This document shows positions 63,200 through 64,000 of a stretch of DNA of 64,000 bases, piece by piece. A program made the translations under genes and the position numbers. Position 1 is the first letter of the stretch, and each line of letters begins with the position of its first letter. The stretch spans positions 124,001 to 188,000 of the IMG/VR virus record IMGVR_UViG_3300005529_000001; one strand, given 5' to 3'. The notes beneath the pieces were generated by a model. That model worked only from the letters and a program-made list of their open reading frames with translations. It did not search any database and had not been told where the DNA came from.

Positions 63200-64000
63200 A
63201 TGAGGGTCAGTCTGGGCGTCCTGAGGGACTACGTCTCCAACCTGTTGGTTGAGAATCGCATCGATGATGCACGTGAAAAATACCCCGACATCGAAGAGGA
63301 TGTCTTCCAAAACCTCGTCGCGAACCAACCCGGCGGGTCGAACAACAAGTACCTGATGTGGTCAGCCAAGCAGGTTGACGACGAGGTAATGCCTGAAGAG
63401 GTCATCATGGCCATCAGGTTGTTTCACGACAACGTTCACCGTCTCAAGCAAAAGGACATCAACCAGTACGAGAGCGTCGAAGCCCTCGACACCGCCATTG
63501 ACGAGCTCCAGAAGAACAAGAGCAAGAGCCAAGAAGCCAAGCAAGCGAAGGCTGACACCCAGGTCATCTACAACGACGACAACTGGCTCGTTGTCCGCCC
63601 GTACACTGCTGACGCATCATGCAAGTACGGCGCAGGTTCAAAGTGGTGCATCTCGGCCACTGCATCTCGCAACTACTTCAACTCGTACTCAGAGACCAAC
63701 AACAAGTTCTACTTTGTCATCGACAAGAAATCAACTAGCAACACGCCCAACTCAAAGTTCGCTATCGCTATCGTTGCAGCGGGCTTGGCTGCCGCCGGTC
63801 GCGAGATCCAGGTCTACAACGCCTCCGATAGCTTGGTGTCTCTGAACACCGTAGCTAGCGCCGTCGGTAGCAAGTGGCCTGAAATCTGGGAAAAGATCCA
63901 AGCTCACGTCGCAGCAAACCCGAAGACCCGTGAGGTCGAAGACGCTGAGAGAGCGACTGAAGAGCATGTTGCTGCGTTGTTGAAAGGCGAGAAGCTTAGC
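63200..64000 (+). CDS. PcfJ-like domain protein with N-terminal leader, partial
   Basis: Own translation MRVSLGVLRDYVSNLLVEN...KDINQY...WLVVRP.T..ASCKYG.GSKWCIS; open to window end; not in track. Confidence 0.75.
   Translation, partial: MRVSLGVLRDYVSNLLVENRIDDAREKYPDIEEDVFQNLVANQPGGSNNKYLMWSAKQVDDEVMPEEVIMAIRLFHDNVHRLKQKDINQYESVEALDTAIDELQKNKSKSQEAKQAKADTQVIYNDDNWLVVRPYTADASCKYGAGSKWCISATASRNYFNSYSETNNKFYFVIDKKSTSNTPNSKFAIAIVAAGLAAAGREIQVYNASDSLVSLNTVASAVGSKWPEIWEKIQAHVAANPKTREVEDAERATEEHVAALLKGEKLS

Noticed and set aside
1-64000. Stop-codon reassignment, as in some jumbo phages
   Set aside because: GroEL, Glf, CCA enzyme, TK and others are full length under the standard code and end at TGA, TAG or TAA

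Overview
Gene-dense window of about 120 CDS, mostly on the minus strand, read with the standard code. I found no tRNA, rRNA or CRISPR array. It reads as part of a jumbo bacteriophage genome; this is inferred from gene content, because no capsid, terminase or DNA polymerase gene is recognisable here and the host is unknown. Recognisable functions: IF-1, stand-alone GroEL, AAA+ ATPase, UDP-galactopyranose mutase with two glycosyltransferases, a UDPGP-family pyrophosphorylase, Fpg/Nei and MBD4-like glycosylases, ADP-ribosylglycohydrolase, NUDIX/HIT/MazG hydrolases, a GH24 endolysin, a ligase-like + NTase + HxGH transferase triad, Fe/Mn SOD, CCA-adding enzyme, thymidine kinase, dCMP deaminase and two HslV-like peptidases. 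The strongest candidate new system is a cytosine hypermodification locus (57786-63153). It has a T4 gp42-like dCMP hydroxymethylase translationally coupled to an NDP-sugar epimerase, beside a GT-B glycosyltransferase and a dNMP kinase, and a pyrophosphorylase and furanose mutase elsewhere could supply a non-glucose sugar. Three window-wide patterns also stand out. (i) About 18 unrelated proteins share an N-terminal L(R/K)xx(I/V)xE leader resembling a capsid-targeting/head-protease signal. (ii) Two promoter-like classes occur: TANNNT-N6-ATG (leaderless mRNA) and TA[CGT]TTA (in front of leader-bearing and lysis genes). (iii) The Fpg/Nei gene can only make its catalytic N-terminal Pro from an ATT start codon. 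All family assignments come from recognising motifs by eye, not from database searches.
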